64,000 bases of DNA from the NCBI RefSeq assembly GCF_009914755.1, contig NC_060926.1; one strand, given 5' to 3'. The notes beneath the pieces are model-generated. The model ran no database searches, had not been told where the DNA came from, and saw only the letters and a program-made list of their open reading frames with translations. This DNA comes from the human T2T-CHM13v2.0 reference genome, Homo sapiens. Shown piece after piece: positions 1-12,675 of this stretch; position 1 is the stretch's first letter; every line of letters starts with the position of its first letter. The position numbers and the translations under genes are program-made.

Positions 1-173
1 AAAGAGCCAGATAGTAAGGATTTTGGCTTTGCAGGCCATATGGTTTCTATAGTGTGCAAGCAGGTATAGGAATTATACAAATAGGTGTGGTTGTTGTTTT
101 CTAGTAAAACTTTATTTACAAAAACAAGTGGCAGGCCTGATTTGTTCCACAGCCTGTAGTTTTCCCACCCTTG
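1..173 (-). mobile_element. MER58A hAT-Charlie MITE (cut by window start)
   Basis: AAAGAGCCAGATAGTAAG...GGCTTTGCAGGCCATATGG...AAAACTTTATTTACAAAAACA...CCTGTAGTTTTCCCACCCTTG matches the reverse complement of MER58A, including the terminal inverted repeat. Confidence 0.85.
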
Positions 174-439
174 AATTAAATAAAGGAAGTTTAAAATCAA
201 CTGCTGGTGAAAATATAAAATCTGTAACTACATATCATAAGATAAGCTGCATCATAAGGAACTTTGATGTTTATCTTTAGGAACAATGAAAAAAATCATC
301 GTTTATTAATCTAATTTAAAGTAGAGTAATTTGGGTTTCCATATCCAAAAATGGCAAATCAGATTGTTATAGACCAACTCTTCCATTAAAAAAACTAGAA
401 AATCTCTGTGTATATGTACATGTGTGCACATCAGGGGGT

Positions 440-1355
440 TTAAAATATATGTAGAATGAAAATACATGGCAATGATAGCATAAAAGACAGAAGGAGTAAA
501 TGGAATAATATATTCAAAGATCCTTGCACTCTTCATCAATTGGTAAAACCACGAATTTAAATTAGATTTTAATTAAATGAGGGTTCATTTCATAATTTCT
601 ATGTAATAGAAATCTTTTAGTAGTTACTAAAAAATAGTAAACAAATATATTGTGTAGCTAGGAAGTGAATAGAGGGGAAAATGAAATAATACAACACCAC
701 CTAATTCAGAATAAAGCAAGAAGGCTAGAAAAATAAATATAGAACAGAGGGGACAAAAAAAAAAAAAACCCTCCAGTGATAAATGGTATTAGATTGGTGC
801 AAACTAATTGCAGTTTTGCCATTACTTTCAATGGCAAAAAAAATGCAATTACTTTTGCACCTACCTAATAGATTTAACTGACATATCAGAAGTCATATCA
901 AATGGTAAATGGACTAAAAGATAAATGGTAAATAGACTAGGAGATAAAGATTGTCCAAATGGATTAAAAGGCCAAGATTCAACTATATGTTGCTAACAAG
1001 ACATAAACCTTGAATATTATGTTACAGAAACATTCAAAATAGATGGATATAGCAAATATATCTTGCAAATGATTTATAAGTAAGCTGGTGTAGCTATGCC
1101 AATACCAGACAAAGTACACTTTTAAGGTAATAAGTATAATTACAGATGGAGAAGGACATCTCATAATGATACGTCAATTCACTAGGGAATTATAATTGTC
1201 TTAAATTTACATATACTAGATAGCCTCAAAAATTGCCAAAAGAAAAAGAAAAAGTATACATATACAATAACAGTGGGAAATGCAATGCGTCTCTTTTTGT
1301 AACTGATAGAATGAGCACAGAAATCTATGTAAGGGTATTATCTAAGGATATAAAG
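440..1355 (+). mobile_element. Ancient L1M fragment (inter-ORF region and ORF2 endonuclease), interrupted by MADE1
   Basis: Decayed endonuclease motifs: WIK..DSTICC (ggattaaaaggccaagattcaactatatgttgc), KAGVA (aagctggtgtagctat), EGH.IMI (gaaggacatctcataatgata). Many stops; boundaries approximate. Confidence 0.75.
789..868. mobile_element. MADE1 (Hsmar1-derived mariner MITE)
   Basis: 80-bp palindrome TTAGATTGGTGCAAACTAATTGC...GCAATTACTTTTGCACCTACCTAA with TA target-site duplications at 787-788 and 869-870. Confidence 0.95.
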
Positions 1356-1399
1356 TATCCAATTAATATGAGTAAAATAGTATCATTTGAGAGATCAAT

Positions 1400-1705
1400 G
1401 AGGTCTAGTCTATTTCAGTGAATCATTTGACAAAGTTTTTCCATGATAACCTTGTGACAAGATGAATAAATGTAGGCTGCACAAGTAGAAAGTTAGGATA
1501 ATTTTGGTGAATGAAATACCCAATGAGTTTCTGTAAATTTTCTGATGCTACAAGTTATGTTCTTGGTCCAGTTCTATTCAATTTAAATAATAGGTAGCTA
1601 TTACCCATGATGATGGGCTCAGAGTCACAATTCTCATAATGGTTTGGAGCATTGAGCTAAACCTGTGAGATGAAAATTTAATTGATATAAATGCAAGGTA
1701 CTCTT
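1400..1705 (+). mobile_element. L3/CR1 LINE reverse-transcriptase remnant
   Basis: Decayed FDKV.HD.L (tttgacaaagtttttccatgataacc), VLGPVLFN (gttcttggtccagttctattcaat) and KCKVL (aaatgcaaggtactc) motifs typical of CR1/L3. Confidence 0.7.
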
Positions 1706-1779
1706 TGTTGCTTGTTTTAGAGTAAAATAGCGTTTTTAAAATGAGACACAACATGCATATATGCAATAAACTACGTAAA

Positions 1780-3320
1780 TCTTAATGAATTTGTATTTAT
1801 GTGTACACTTATGTAACCAGGTCCTAGAATATTTCCAGCACCCTGGAAAGCTCCTTCATGTCCCTTTCTAGTCAATAACCTCCCCCTACAGAGGTAACCA
1901 ATATTCTGCCTTCTATTATCATAGATTCTTGGAGAAAACTCTCAAACCATGTTTTTCCTCTGTTCTCACACAACCACCCAATCACCAACTCAGAAGACTT
2001 CTGTGACCAAAGGTGTGGAGTTTTTCCTTCACATACCAGGTGGCAGACACCAGCTGGGTGTCTTCCAATTCAATTCTGGCACTATCTATGCTGAAGACAG
2101 TGTCAGATCCCATAGGTCAGAGGCTCAGTCCCCAAGACTGCCCCTCTTCTCCCAGACACAAGTCACAAGTTCAAACATCTGGAACTTCTGAGGGACTGGC
2201 TCCAATTTGGGATTCCCATAAACCTCTCTTTGGGTTTGATTAACTTGATGGAGTGGCTCACAGAATTTAGCGAAATGCTTATTTACATTTACTGATTTTT
2301 TATAAAAAATATTACAAAAGACACAGATGAAAAGATGCATAGGGCAAGGTATGAGGGAAGGGGCATGGACTTTCCATACCCTCCCTGGGCGCACCACCCT
2401 CCAGGAACCTCCACATGTTCAACTATCTGGAAGCTCTCCAAACCCTGTCCTCTTGGGTTTTTATAGAGGCTTAATTACACAGGCACAATTGATGAAACCA
2501 TTGGCTATTGGTGGGTGACCCTTCCCTCTTCCCTTCCTGGAGGTTGAGGAGTGGGGCTGAAAGTCCCAACCTTCTAATCCTGCCTTGGTCTTTCATGTGA
2601 CCAGCCCCACCCTGAGCCTATCAGACAAAAGACACACAACAGAGAGCACTTTGAAGATCCCAAGGATTTTAGGAGTTGTATGCCAGGAAATGGGAACAAA
2701 GACCAGATACGAATTTCACAGTATATATTATCTGTTATATATCTATTAACGTAAATACATTCTGAATGTAATATACATGGAGTTATATATATGATTTTTT
2801 CTGTGTTTAGCCTCTTTCTTTAAACAGAGTGTCTCATAGGTAAAAGAAGCTTGCTGAGGTTTTGCTTGAAATTGCATTGACTCTTAGATCAAGTCAGTAT
2901 TGACAAAAACAGTTAAGTCTTGCAATTCAGAAACATGGTATTTATATAGGTCTTCATTAATTTATCTCAGAAAGATTTCTTTCATTAGATTTACTCTATG
3001 TATTTTATGTTTTTGATGCTATTATGAATATTTAAAATTTTAATTTTCTATTGTAGGTTGCTAGTATATATTCAATTCAGGTGTATAATGACTTTATATC
3101 AAGTAATCTTTCCAAATACACTGATTAATTAGATTATAGGGTCTTTCAATTTCCTATATTTAAAGTCATATCATGTGAGGATATAAACAGTTTTATTTAT
3201 TTATTTTATTTCTGTAACTTGCCTTATTTCACTGGCTAGACCTTCTATATACTGATGAAAAGAAGTGCTAATCCTGGACATCTTTATCCTGTTTCCATAT
3301 TCACAGGACATATTGCTTTT
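1780..3320 (-). mobile_element. Old L1ME/L1MC 3' UTR plus ORF2 fragments, split by MER21A
   Basis: gaatatttccagcaccctggaaagctcc...gaggtaaccaatattctg resembles an L1M 3' UTR. ORF2-like antisense text at 2850-3320 (gaaattgcattga, tgccttatttcactggctagaccttc). Confidence 0.65.
1927..2727 (-). mobile_element. MER21A-type solo LTR
   Basis: Diagnostic blocks caccagctgggtgtc, gtcagatcccatagg, ggggctgaaagtcccaacc, ttttaggagttgtatgccaggaa; ends tttcaca. Confidence 0.85.
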
Positions 3321-3339
3321 TAAGAAATTTTTTCAGATA

Positions 3340-3926
3340 CAGTGATTCCTCACTTAATTTTGTAGATAGGTTCTTGGAAACTATGATTTTAAACAAAACA
3401 ATGTAGAACAAAACAAATGTTACCATAGATTAATTGATATAAACAAGAATTTAGTTCTTATGGCCTATTTCTGGTCACAAAAACATCATGACACTTCTAA
3501 ATAAAGACTCAAAACACTTCTAATATTAAACATTGAGATAAACGTGAGCTATACATACATTCAAGAAAGATTAATAAAAACAAGTAAGATAATAATTTAC
3601 CCACCTATTCCAGTTCAGGGTCATGGGTGACTAGAGTCTAATCTGGTAGCTCCGGGCACAAGACTCTCAAGAGCCAGTCCTGGATAGGATTCCCTCCTAT
3701 TGCAGGGCACAGTCTCATACACCCCCAGTCACTCACACTGGGCCTGTGTAGACATGCTGATTCACCTAATGTGCACATATTTGGGATGTGAGGGGAAACT
3801 GGAGGACCCAGAGAAAACCCACACTGCAACTCCACATAGACAGTGGCTCTGACCGGGAATAGATTTTTTTTTTTTTCTCATCATGAAATAATATTGAATG
3901 AAATGATACTATTTGAGAGCTTGCTG
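3340..3926 (-). mobile_element. MER6A (Tigger/Tc-mariner class), full length
   Basis: CAGTGATTCCTCACTTAA...TTTGAGAGCTTGCTG with TA on both sides (3338-3339, 3927-3928). Internal tttgggatgtgaggggaaactggagg block. Confidence 0.9.
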
Positions 3927-4233
3927 TACATAATATAGACAACCTTACTTGACAACTGGTTATGTGAACAGAACTGAATATGACTTGGAACAGTGATATA
4001 GCTGCTGCTTTTCTTTTTGTTTCTTTGAAGTAATTCACTTTTATATTGCTAAGAACAACATGCAGAACATGGAAGGTAAAAATTTTGTTTAATTTTGTAC
4101 TTTCTTTTGAATTGCATGCGGAATATTTAGTGTTGAGTGCTACAGTTTAGGAACAACACTGGTGAAGTAGAGTGAGTGCATAGAATGGTGGAATTAGGCT
4201 ACTAAAGGTTTTGGAACCATCTGTAATGAGGAA

Positions 4234-4947
<714 letters not shown>

Positions 4948-5599
4948 AGTAATTATTGAAAGAAGTAGGGCGAATATTTAGTTTGTTTGGTGAAAAAAGG
5001 AGTAAACTTGATGCCTCAGAATGATAAAAATAGGATGAGAAGGTGAAAGTCACAGCAAGGAAAATTAGACTCCATATAAAGAACACTGTTATAATAATTA
5101 GAATTTTCTAACAGTGGAACTGTGTTGCCTCTTATTACCTGGAGGGAGTAAGTGTAGAATAACTGGTAATGTTTCCACAAAGCCTGGGAGTGGTTGATGG
5201 GATCCTTACTATTGGCAGAAAGTTGTACTAGTTGATTCTTTTATTAGGAAGGAAGATGTACAGGTAATTTATGAAGTCTATTCTAATGTTAAAATTGTGA
5301 TTTGTAGAAATGCTTTACAGGACATGTATTCTGGGTCTCTTTCACATTTGAAAGATGTGACCGAAATCTACATTCAAGAAATTGTTCAAAAATTAGTATA
5401 GCTTTATTGAATAGTTGACATTTGATTTGTAGGGCTTAGAAATATTTTGAGGGAATGTGTCCGCCTGAGAAAGTGATGATACATTTGAAGACTGACTTAG
5501 AGAAAAAGATTAAATAACCTTAATTTTGTTTAAATCATTTGTTCTATTCTGGTTGCCTCAAAAGTGGTATTGTTTTCAAGAGCCTTCCATTATTTTATG

Positions 5600-5825
5600 A
5601 TAGCATGATGGTCACAAGTAGAAATCTGTACTCAGACTGACTGTTCAACTTAAAGCTCTGACACTTACTAGTCCTATGACTTTGGTCAAGTTACTGCATA
5701 AACTCTGTAAACCACAGTTTCTCATCTGTAATATGAAGACAACAAAGGTAGTTATCTAAAAAGTTACTGAGAAATTGAATGGGGGAGAAGTCTTGTAATG
5801 TGCTTAGTCTGTTTCTGGCATGTAG
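5600..5825 (+). mobile_element. MIR SINE
   Basis: MIR core: cacttactagtcctatgactttggtcaagttac...cagtttctcatctgtaa. Confidence 0.8.
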
Positions 5826-5840
5826 ACTTGTTTAAGAAAC

Positions 5841-8085
5841 TGATATTGTTTGATTGTGTGCCCACCGAAATCTCGCCTTGAATTATATCTCCCATAATTC
5901 CTATGTGTTGTGGGAGGGACCCGATTGGGAGATTATTGAATCTTGGGTCAGATCTTTCCCATGCTATTCTCATGATAGTGAATAAGTCTACGATTTCTGA
6001 TGGTTTTATAAAGGGGAGTTTCCCTGCACAAATTCTCTTCTCTTGTGTGCTGCCATGTGAGATGTGCTTTTTACCTTCCACCATGATTGTGAGGCCTCCC
6101 CAGCCACATGGAACCATGAGTCCATTAAGCCTCTTTCTTTTGGAAATTTCCCAGTCTTGGGTATATCTTTATCAGCAGTGTGAAAAGCTAATACAGTAAA
6201 TTGGTACTGAGAGTGGGGTGCTGCTTTATAGATACCCTAAAATGTGGAAGCAACTTTAGAACTGGATAACAGGCAGAGGTTGGAATAGTTTGGAAGGCTC
6301 AGAAGAAGACAGGAAAATGTGGGACAGTTTGGAACTTCCTAGAGACTTGTTGAATGGCTTTGAACAAAATGCTGATAATGATATGACCAGTGAAATCCAG
6401 GCTAAGGTGGTCTCAGATGGAGATGAGGAACTTCTTGGGAACTGGAGTAAAGGTGACTCTTGCTATGTTTTAGCAAAGAAACTGGGAACATTTATCCCAT
6501 GCCCTAGAGATTTGTGGAATGTTGAACTTGAGGGAGACGATTTAGGGTATTTGGCAGAAGAAATTTCTAAGTAGCAAAGCATTCAAGAGATGACTTGGGT
6601 GCCGTTAAAGGCATTCAGTTTTATAAGGGAAGCAGAGCATGAAAGTTCAGAAAATTTGCAGCCAGATGATGTGACAGAAAACAAAGTCCCATTTTCTGAG
6701 GAGAAATTCAAGCAGCTGCAGAAATTTGCATAAGTAATGAGGAGCAGAATGTTAATCCACCAAGACAATGGGGACAATGTTTCCAAGGCGTGTCAGAGAC
6801 CTTTGTGGCAGCCCCTCCCATCACAGACCCAGAGGCCTGGGAGGAAAAAATGGTTTTGTGGGCTGGGCCCAGGGTCTTTCTGCTGTGTGCAGTCTAGGGA
6901 CTTGGTGTCCTGTGTCCCAGCTGCTCCAGCCATGACTAAAAGGGGCCAGGGTATAGCTCAGGCAGTGGCTTCAGAGGGTGCAAGCCCCAAGCCTTGGCAA
7001 CTTCCATGTGGTGTTGAGTCTGCAGGTGCACAGAAGTAAAGAATTGAGGTTTGGGAACTTCTGCCACCTAGATTCCAGAGGATGTATGGAGTTGCCTGGA
7101 TGTCCAGGCAGAGGTTTGCTGTAGGGGCGGGCACTCATGGAGAACTTCTGCTAGGGCAGTGCAAAAGGGAAATGTGGGGTTAAAGCCCTCACACAGCATC
7201 CCCACTGGGGCACTGCCTAGTGGAGCTGTGAGAAGAGGGCAACCATCCTTCAAACCCTAGAATGGTAGATACACTGTGTGAAAGCAGCCAGGAGGGAAAC
7301 TGCACCCTGCAAAGCCACAGGGGTGGAGCTGTCCAAGACCATGGAAACCTACCTCTTGCGTCAGCGTGATCTGGATATGAGACATGGAGTCAAAAGAGAT
7401 CATTTTGGAACTTTAAAATTTGACTGCCCTACTGGATTTTGGACTTGCATGGGGCCTGTAGCCCCTTCATTTTGGCCAATTTACCCCATTTGGAATGGCT
7501 GTATTTACCCAATGCCTGTACTCCCATTGTATCTAGGAAGTAACTAACTTGCTTTTGATTTTATAGGCTCATAAGTGGAAGGGACTTGTCTTGTCTTGGA
7601 TGAGACTTTGGACTGTGGACTTTTGAGTTAATACTGAAATGAGTTAAGACTCTGGGGGACTGCTGGGAAGGCATGATTGGTTTTGAAATGTGAGGACATG
7701 AGATTTGGGAGCAGCCAGGGATGGAATGCTATGGTTTGGCTGTGTCCCCACCCACATCTCATTGTGAATTGTAGCTCCCATAATTCACATGTGTTGTGGG
7801 AGGGACCTGGTGGGATGTAATTGAATCATGAGGGTGGGTCTTTCCCATGCTCTTCTCATGATAGTGAATAGTCTCATGAGATCTGATGATTTTTATAAAG
7901 GGGAGTTTCCGTGCACAAGCTCTCTTCTCTTGTTGGCTGCCATGTGAGACGTGCCTTTCACCTTCCACCATGATTGTGAGGCTTCTCCAGCTATGTGGAA
8001 CTGTGAGTCCATTAAACCTTTTTCTTTTGTAAATTGCCCAGTCTCAGGTATATCTTCATCAGCAGCATGAAAATCGACTAATACA
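5841..8085 (+). mobile_element. Two-LTR THE1 (THE1B/A-type) MaLR element: 5' LTR 5841-6195, internal 6196-7726, 3' LTR 7727-8085
   Basis: Two LTRs (TG..TAATACA); internal region opens GTAAATTGGTAC; purine tract before the 3' LTR; perfect 5-bp TSD GAAAC at 5836-5840 and 8086-8090. ORF 6290-6574 (EGSEEDRKMW.SLELPRDLLNGF) is the broken MaLR internal ORF. Confidence 0.97.
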
Positions 8086-8540
8086 GAAACCTCCATTTCC
8101 CTTATGAACTAGCTAGTCTTACATAGAAAATATTTATTTAGGGAAATTACTGATTCAGTGACATAGAACTTACACGAACAGTTTGAGAACATAGTTCAGA
8201 AGAATAATAAAAGATTACAGATCCATCTACTAGTTTCCTTAGGATTTGAGTGTTAAGAAAATACTAGTCTGTACTCAGTACCTGATGACTACTAGCATTG
8301 TACATCTTTGTCTCTTATCTCTGTCCTCTTGCTCTGCTGGGCTATGAATACAAAGCTGGTAACTTCCAAGCACATCTCCAATTGTGTGAACAGGCAGGAA
8401 CTGCTATCGGGAACTGCATGAGAACTTCTGGTAGAACTCCTATGTCTAATTTTCACACTGTACTTGAAGGACAAAAATTTTAAATGTAAATGCTACCTTT
8501 AAGTCATTCAGAGAAGTACTCACCTACTACATAATCACAT

Positions 8541-8556
8541 CACACACACACACACA

Positions 8557-8590
<34 letters not shown>
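8541..8590. repeat. Compound (CA)n microsatellite: (CA)8(CG)2(CA)15
   Basis: Read directly from the sequence. Confidence 0.98.
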
Positions 8591-8594
<4 letters not shown>

Positions 8595-9314
8595 TGCTGA
8601 CTTCAAACTGTCTTTCACTCTGACCAGAAGAGTAAAAGAAAGAAAAAACAAAGGGAAAGAGGTACCTTGAATTTATAGGTGATTGCTTTGTAATTCTTAT
8701 TTTTTCTTATATGGAGGTGAGCGCCTCAGGGAGCTATAAAGGGTGTCAATTATCGGTATGACGAGGATTCAGGTTGCTTATGTAATTGCTTAACCCATAG
8801 CAGCTCACTTAGAGTGAAATTGTCATGGCAAAGGGGAACTAGCTGAAGAAGTAGGGTATTGTTTGGACAGAGCTCATCTTCAGCTAGCATCACTCAGGAA
8901 CACTGAGTTCCTCCCTCCCCACCTGCAGGTGACAGCTGCCTGTGGCTTCCTTACATTTGGTGGATCGCTCAAGTTGGCATTTTTTGCCCTGAGGGGGTGA
9001 ACATGATTGCTGCTGAACACTCCTTTCTTCCCCAATGTCTTTGCTAGTTGGTAGCATTTTCTGTGGATGATTGCTACACCAGTGAGGGCTATTTTTACTC
9101 ATCAGAAGTTTGCTAGAATTTTAAGAAATTAAAAAGAAATTCCAGGAATAACTGTTACACTTTGAAGCCAAATCCCTTCTCCACCTTCACGGTTACATTT
9201 GTTTATATTTTTTGTTTGATTGTCATTAAGTTTTCAGGCATAGATTCCAGTCTGGTGGTCCTGGAAGCATTCTCTCAGGGGTAGGCTATATCAATATTGA
9301 AGGATTGAAGTTCT

Positions 9315-9817
9315 TACTACAGGACAATTGTCTGGGTGGCCTTGAACCAACCCAGTTCTCTCTGCCTTCTTGCTTGTAGTTCTCAAGAATAACTAGAATG
9401 TGCTGGGAATGCAACATCCTGAGTTAAGGAGGGAACGGCCAGAACAGCCCAAGCTCCCTTCAGCCCCTCCCAGAATAGGATGTCTTTCATTACTTTAGTC
9501 CGGCAAGTTCTGTCGCTCCTGGGGTAGAAAACCCAGGGCAGGCTGCTTTTTGGGGTCCCTAAGTGCCATGCAAGTGGAGCACACTCAGACAAGACTCCAT
9601 CTGCCCTGGACACCTTCTCTGAGTCTTGGGGAAGCGGTTCATCGTGAATCCTAGGCTTCCGTTTTTCCTTGCTGCCTATCTGCAAGTAATAGACAAGCTT
9701 CATGAAACCTGTGTGTGTGAGTGTTCTGTCTCACTAGACTTGGGCAAGTAGTAAAAGTACACCCAAGACCCAGTGAGTGGTTCCAAGTAGTAACCAGTGC
9801 ATAGTGAAGCTGCTTCT
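9315..9817 (+). mobile_element. Solo ERV LTR, LTR47-like
   Basis: caggacaattgtctgggtggccttg...cttgtagttctcaagaataac...gaatgtgctgggaatgcaacatcctgag...aaccagtgcatagtgaa. Family name from memory. Confidence 0.7.
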
Positions 9818-10849
9818 TGCTTATGCTTTTGCCTATAGGTTCCCTATTCATTAGATAGATGAGAACGTGTAGACCCAGGAGGAGTGGACTGAATTTTTCT
9901 AGCTCTCATATTCCCTATCCTGCTATCTTTTTAGCTTTGTAGAGAATTCATGCAGTTGATTCCTGACACTAAAGAAAAGAAGCCTCTGTAAAAACATATG
10001 TTGAATGGCATTTACAATGGTTCCTAAAATCCCCTCTCAGCTTCCGAATAAAGTACCCTGGAAGACACTGAAAAATAGGGCAATAATGACTGACAGTTAA
10101 CCACTGCCAGAATCTGAGAGAAATTTCTACAAAGTACATGGCTGAAGAACACAATTGACAGCCCACCTGTGCTTAGAAATGAACCAAGATGGCTTTCCTA
10201 AGAGTAGGTAGAAAGAACCTTTGTATCCTATTCCATGGGGGCTACCTACATGTGAAAGGAAAGATTTGTATCAACCAGAAAAGTATACGTTATTCCTGTT
10301 ACTACCTGGCCAATGTGATTTTAGTGTTACCGTAATACAATGCCCCCTCTTGTTTTCATCTCCATTCGGAGATTAGGACCTCCAGTGGGCAGGAAGTGGT
10401 GATGGAGGACTCTCTGGAGTTTTTCCACTACTTTCATTGGTGCTCCCCTCATGAGTCAGCGAAAGTCAGGAGAAGAGAGAGGCTTTTATTTACTCTGTCT
10501 ATTCAGCATGCCAGGGGAGAAGCCCATCTGAGCTGGGGAAGATGTCACAGAAGCCTGGAAGAGTTACCCTCAGGGAAAGTCCACTCCAGACTGAAATCTA
10601 TTGTCTGAATTGTCCAAAGCCACCTGTGGTTTTGAGCGGAGATTTTCAATAAGGACTAAATGAAACAGAGAGTTGAGTCAAAGGCATTTCAAACTCCTGT
10701 CCCTTGGCAAATGGCGGTCTGGATGGATCTCACCTCAGTTGAGTTTTAATAAAAATAAAAAATAATAACAACATGTTTCCTATGGGACGAAACTTTCCAC
10801 AGAGTAAGTGAGTAGATACATCATCCTGAAAATTCAGAGGCAGAGCAGA

Positions 10850-11620
10850 CTTATAATTTACTGTGGGTGCCATAGGGAAAATTTAATAACTATTTAACTG
10901 CCTCAATAAAAAGCTAGAAGATATGGTGCTATGAAACAAAAGTAGAGAACTCTAAGGCGAGAATACTAGACATGTACTCTACTACATGGACAACTGGTGT
11001 ATTAAAAAAGGATGAAAATAAAAATGAAGTAGAATATTAAAATTCTTATCGCGGGAGTAATGAAAAGGATGGATATTACTGAACATCATATCAGTGATGT
11101 AGAAGGCAAACAGAGGAGCTCTCTCAGAATTCAGAGAAAAAGGACAAAGAGATCATAAATGAAAGATAATATTTTATACATATGCAGATCAGATGATATT
11201 ATATGCATGTGCATATAAATACATATGTGCATATATGAATATGTACATATCTGTGTATATATATACAGATCTATGTATATACAAACACTTATTTATAAAG
11301 CAGAGAGTAGAGAGCCAAGTTAATCATTGTATGTTGTCCCAAGGATGTACTAGAGCATTCCAAATAAATATGATAACTAACAATATGTTTAAACTTTAAA
11401 CTTTCCTGAGTTAAAAATAATTTTAATAGGCTGATTGGTGGCACCCTCTATATTGCAGGCAAAATACCTGAAAAAGAGACTTGACTCAGGGTCAAATTTT
11501 TAAATTGCAAGGATACAGAAATAAGTTTGCGTATGTCCAAAGAGTAAAAGGAGAGATTGTACAAAGAATGAATGAGCATGGTTTCTGACTTCCCTGAGAT
11601 AATAAGTGTCAACACAATGG
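10850..11620 (+). mobile_element. Ancient L1 ORF1/HAL1-like remnant
   Basis: Decayed coiled-coil text RMDITEHHISDVEGK...ELSQNSEKKDKEI; A-rich strand bias; broken by a TA-rich low-complexity insert. Confidence 0.55.
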
Positions 11621-12129
11621 AAACTGTGTCCGTATTCTTGAGGAAAGGCTGCAGCTCTGTCATTCTGTGGGGATTTCCTTTCCCTTTATCAGAAGGCAGT
11701 TAGTACTCTCCACCTTGTTCTTGAGTTATTGTCTGCAGGGCTGCTCTCCTTTTCCAGGCTTCAGGCTTCCTGGGAGAGAGTCTGAGTCTGAGGCATCGTT
11801 GTCTGCAGCGGTTCCCAGCACAGAAGCTTATGTGCCGCCTCTCTAGAGAACTTTGATTGGTTGGAAAAACGAGGGATAATGGCGTTGGATCAGGTGCAGA
11901 GCCCTTGGATTTGGACGGCCGGGGCAAGTGGCAGTGCTATGGCTCCTACTGTAGATGTTCAGTTCCATTTAAAATGTTTATGGGGTGGGAACATGATGCC
12001 ATTGTCCAGGACAGTGCTTTTCAATTATGGAAATTTCTCAGTTATTCCCTTGCTTAAAATATTTTAGGGACACCAATTTTTCTTGGTAGGAAGAGGAAGT
12101 CCATGTCATTGCAAACCAGACTCTGCCCA

Positions 12130-12470
12130 CACCATCCACTTCCTTGCTCTCTGCTGTGCTGGCTTTCTTAGGGTTTCTGGAATGCATGGCTAGCTCTTGT
12201 ATAGGGTCTTTGCATGTGCTGGTTCCCTCTGTCTGGAAAACTGTTGTTCTACCTCTCTCCTTGCAAAATGACTTTCCTTGTTATCACCACTGTCACTCTT
12301 GGATTGATGCTGCATTTATGTCTGTTACATTTTAGCACCTGTCTCTTTGTTGGACTCCCAGGTCCATATGGGCAGAGCCTGTCTTGGGTTTTACACATCA
12401 TTTTATCCCTGGCACCTAGCACAAGTCTGGCCTATAGTAGGTCCCTCATAATTTTTTGTTGAATTAAGAA
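12130..12470 (+). mobile_element. L2 3' end
   Basis: tttgcatgtgctggttccctctgtctggaa...cctggcacctagcaca...agtaggtccctca...tttgttgaat, typical of the L2 tail. Confidence 0.8.
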
Positions 12471-12477
12471 ACATATG

Positions 12478-12675
12478 GTCAAGTTTTGAAACCTGATTCT
12501 GTTGCTACCTGTGATGTCTTGAGGTCTTCACGTTGTCTCCATGAGACTTGTTTTTTTTCACCAGTCAAGTGGGAATTATGTCTTCTTCACAGGATTGCTC
12601 TCGGAAACCATTTAAGCAACAGACATGAAGGTGTTTGGTCATAAACAACACATTCTACAAGAGTAAGTTACTTTT
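12478..12675 (+). mobile_element. MIR (diverged)
   Basis: Weak core and tail similarity (cttcacaggattgc, catgaaggtgtttg). Confidence 0.5.

Noticed and set aside
6290-7547. ORFs within the THE1 internal region
   Set aside because: Fragments of the decayed MaLR internal ORF, broken by stops and frameshifts.
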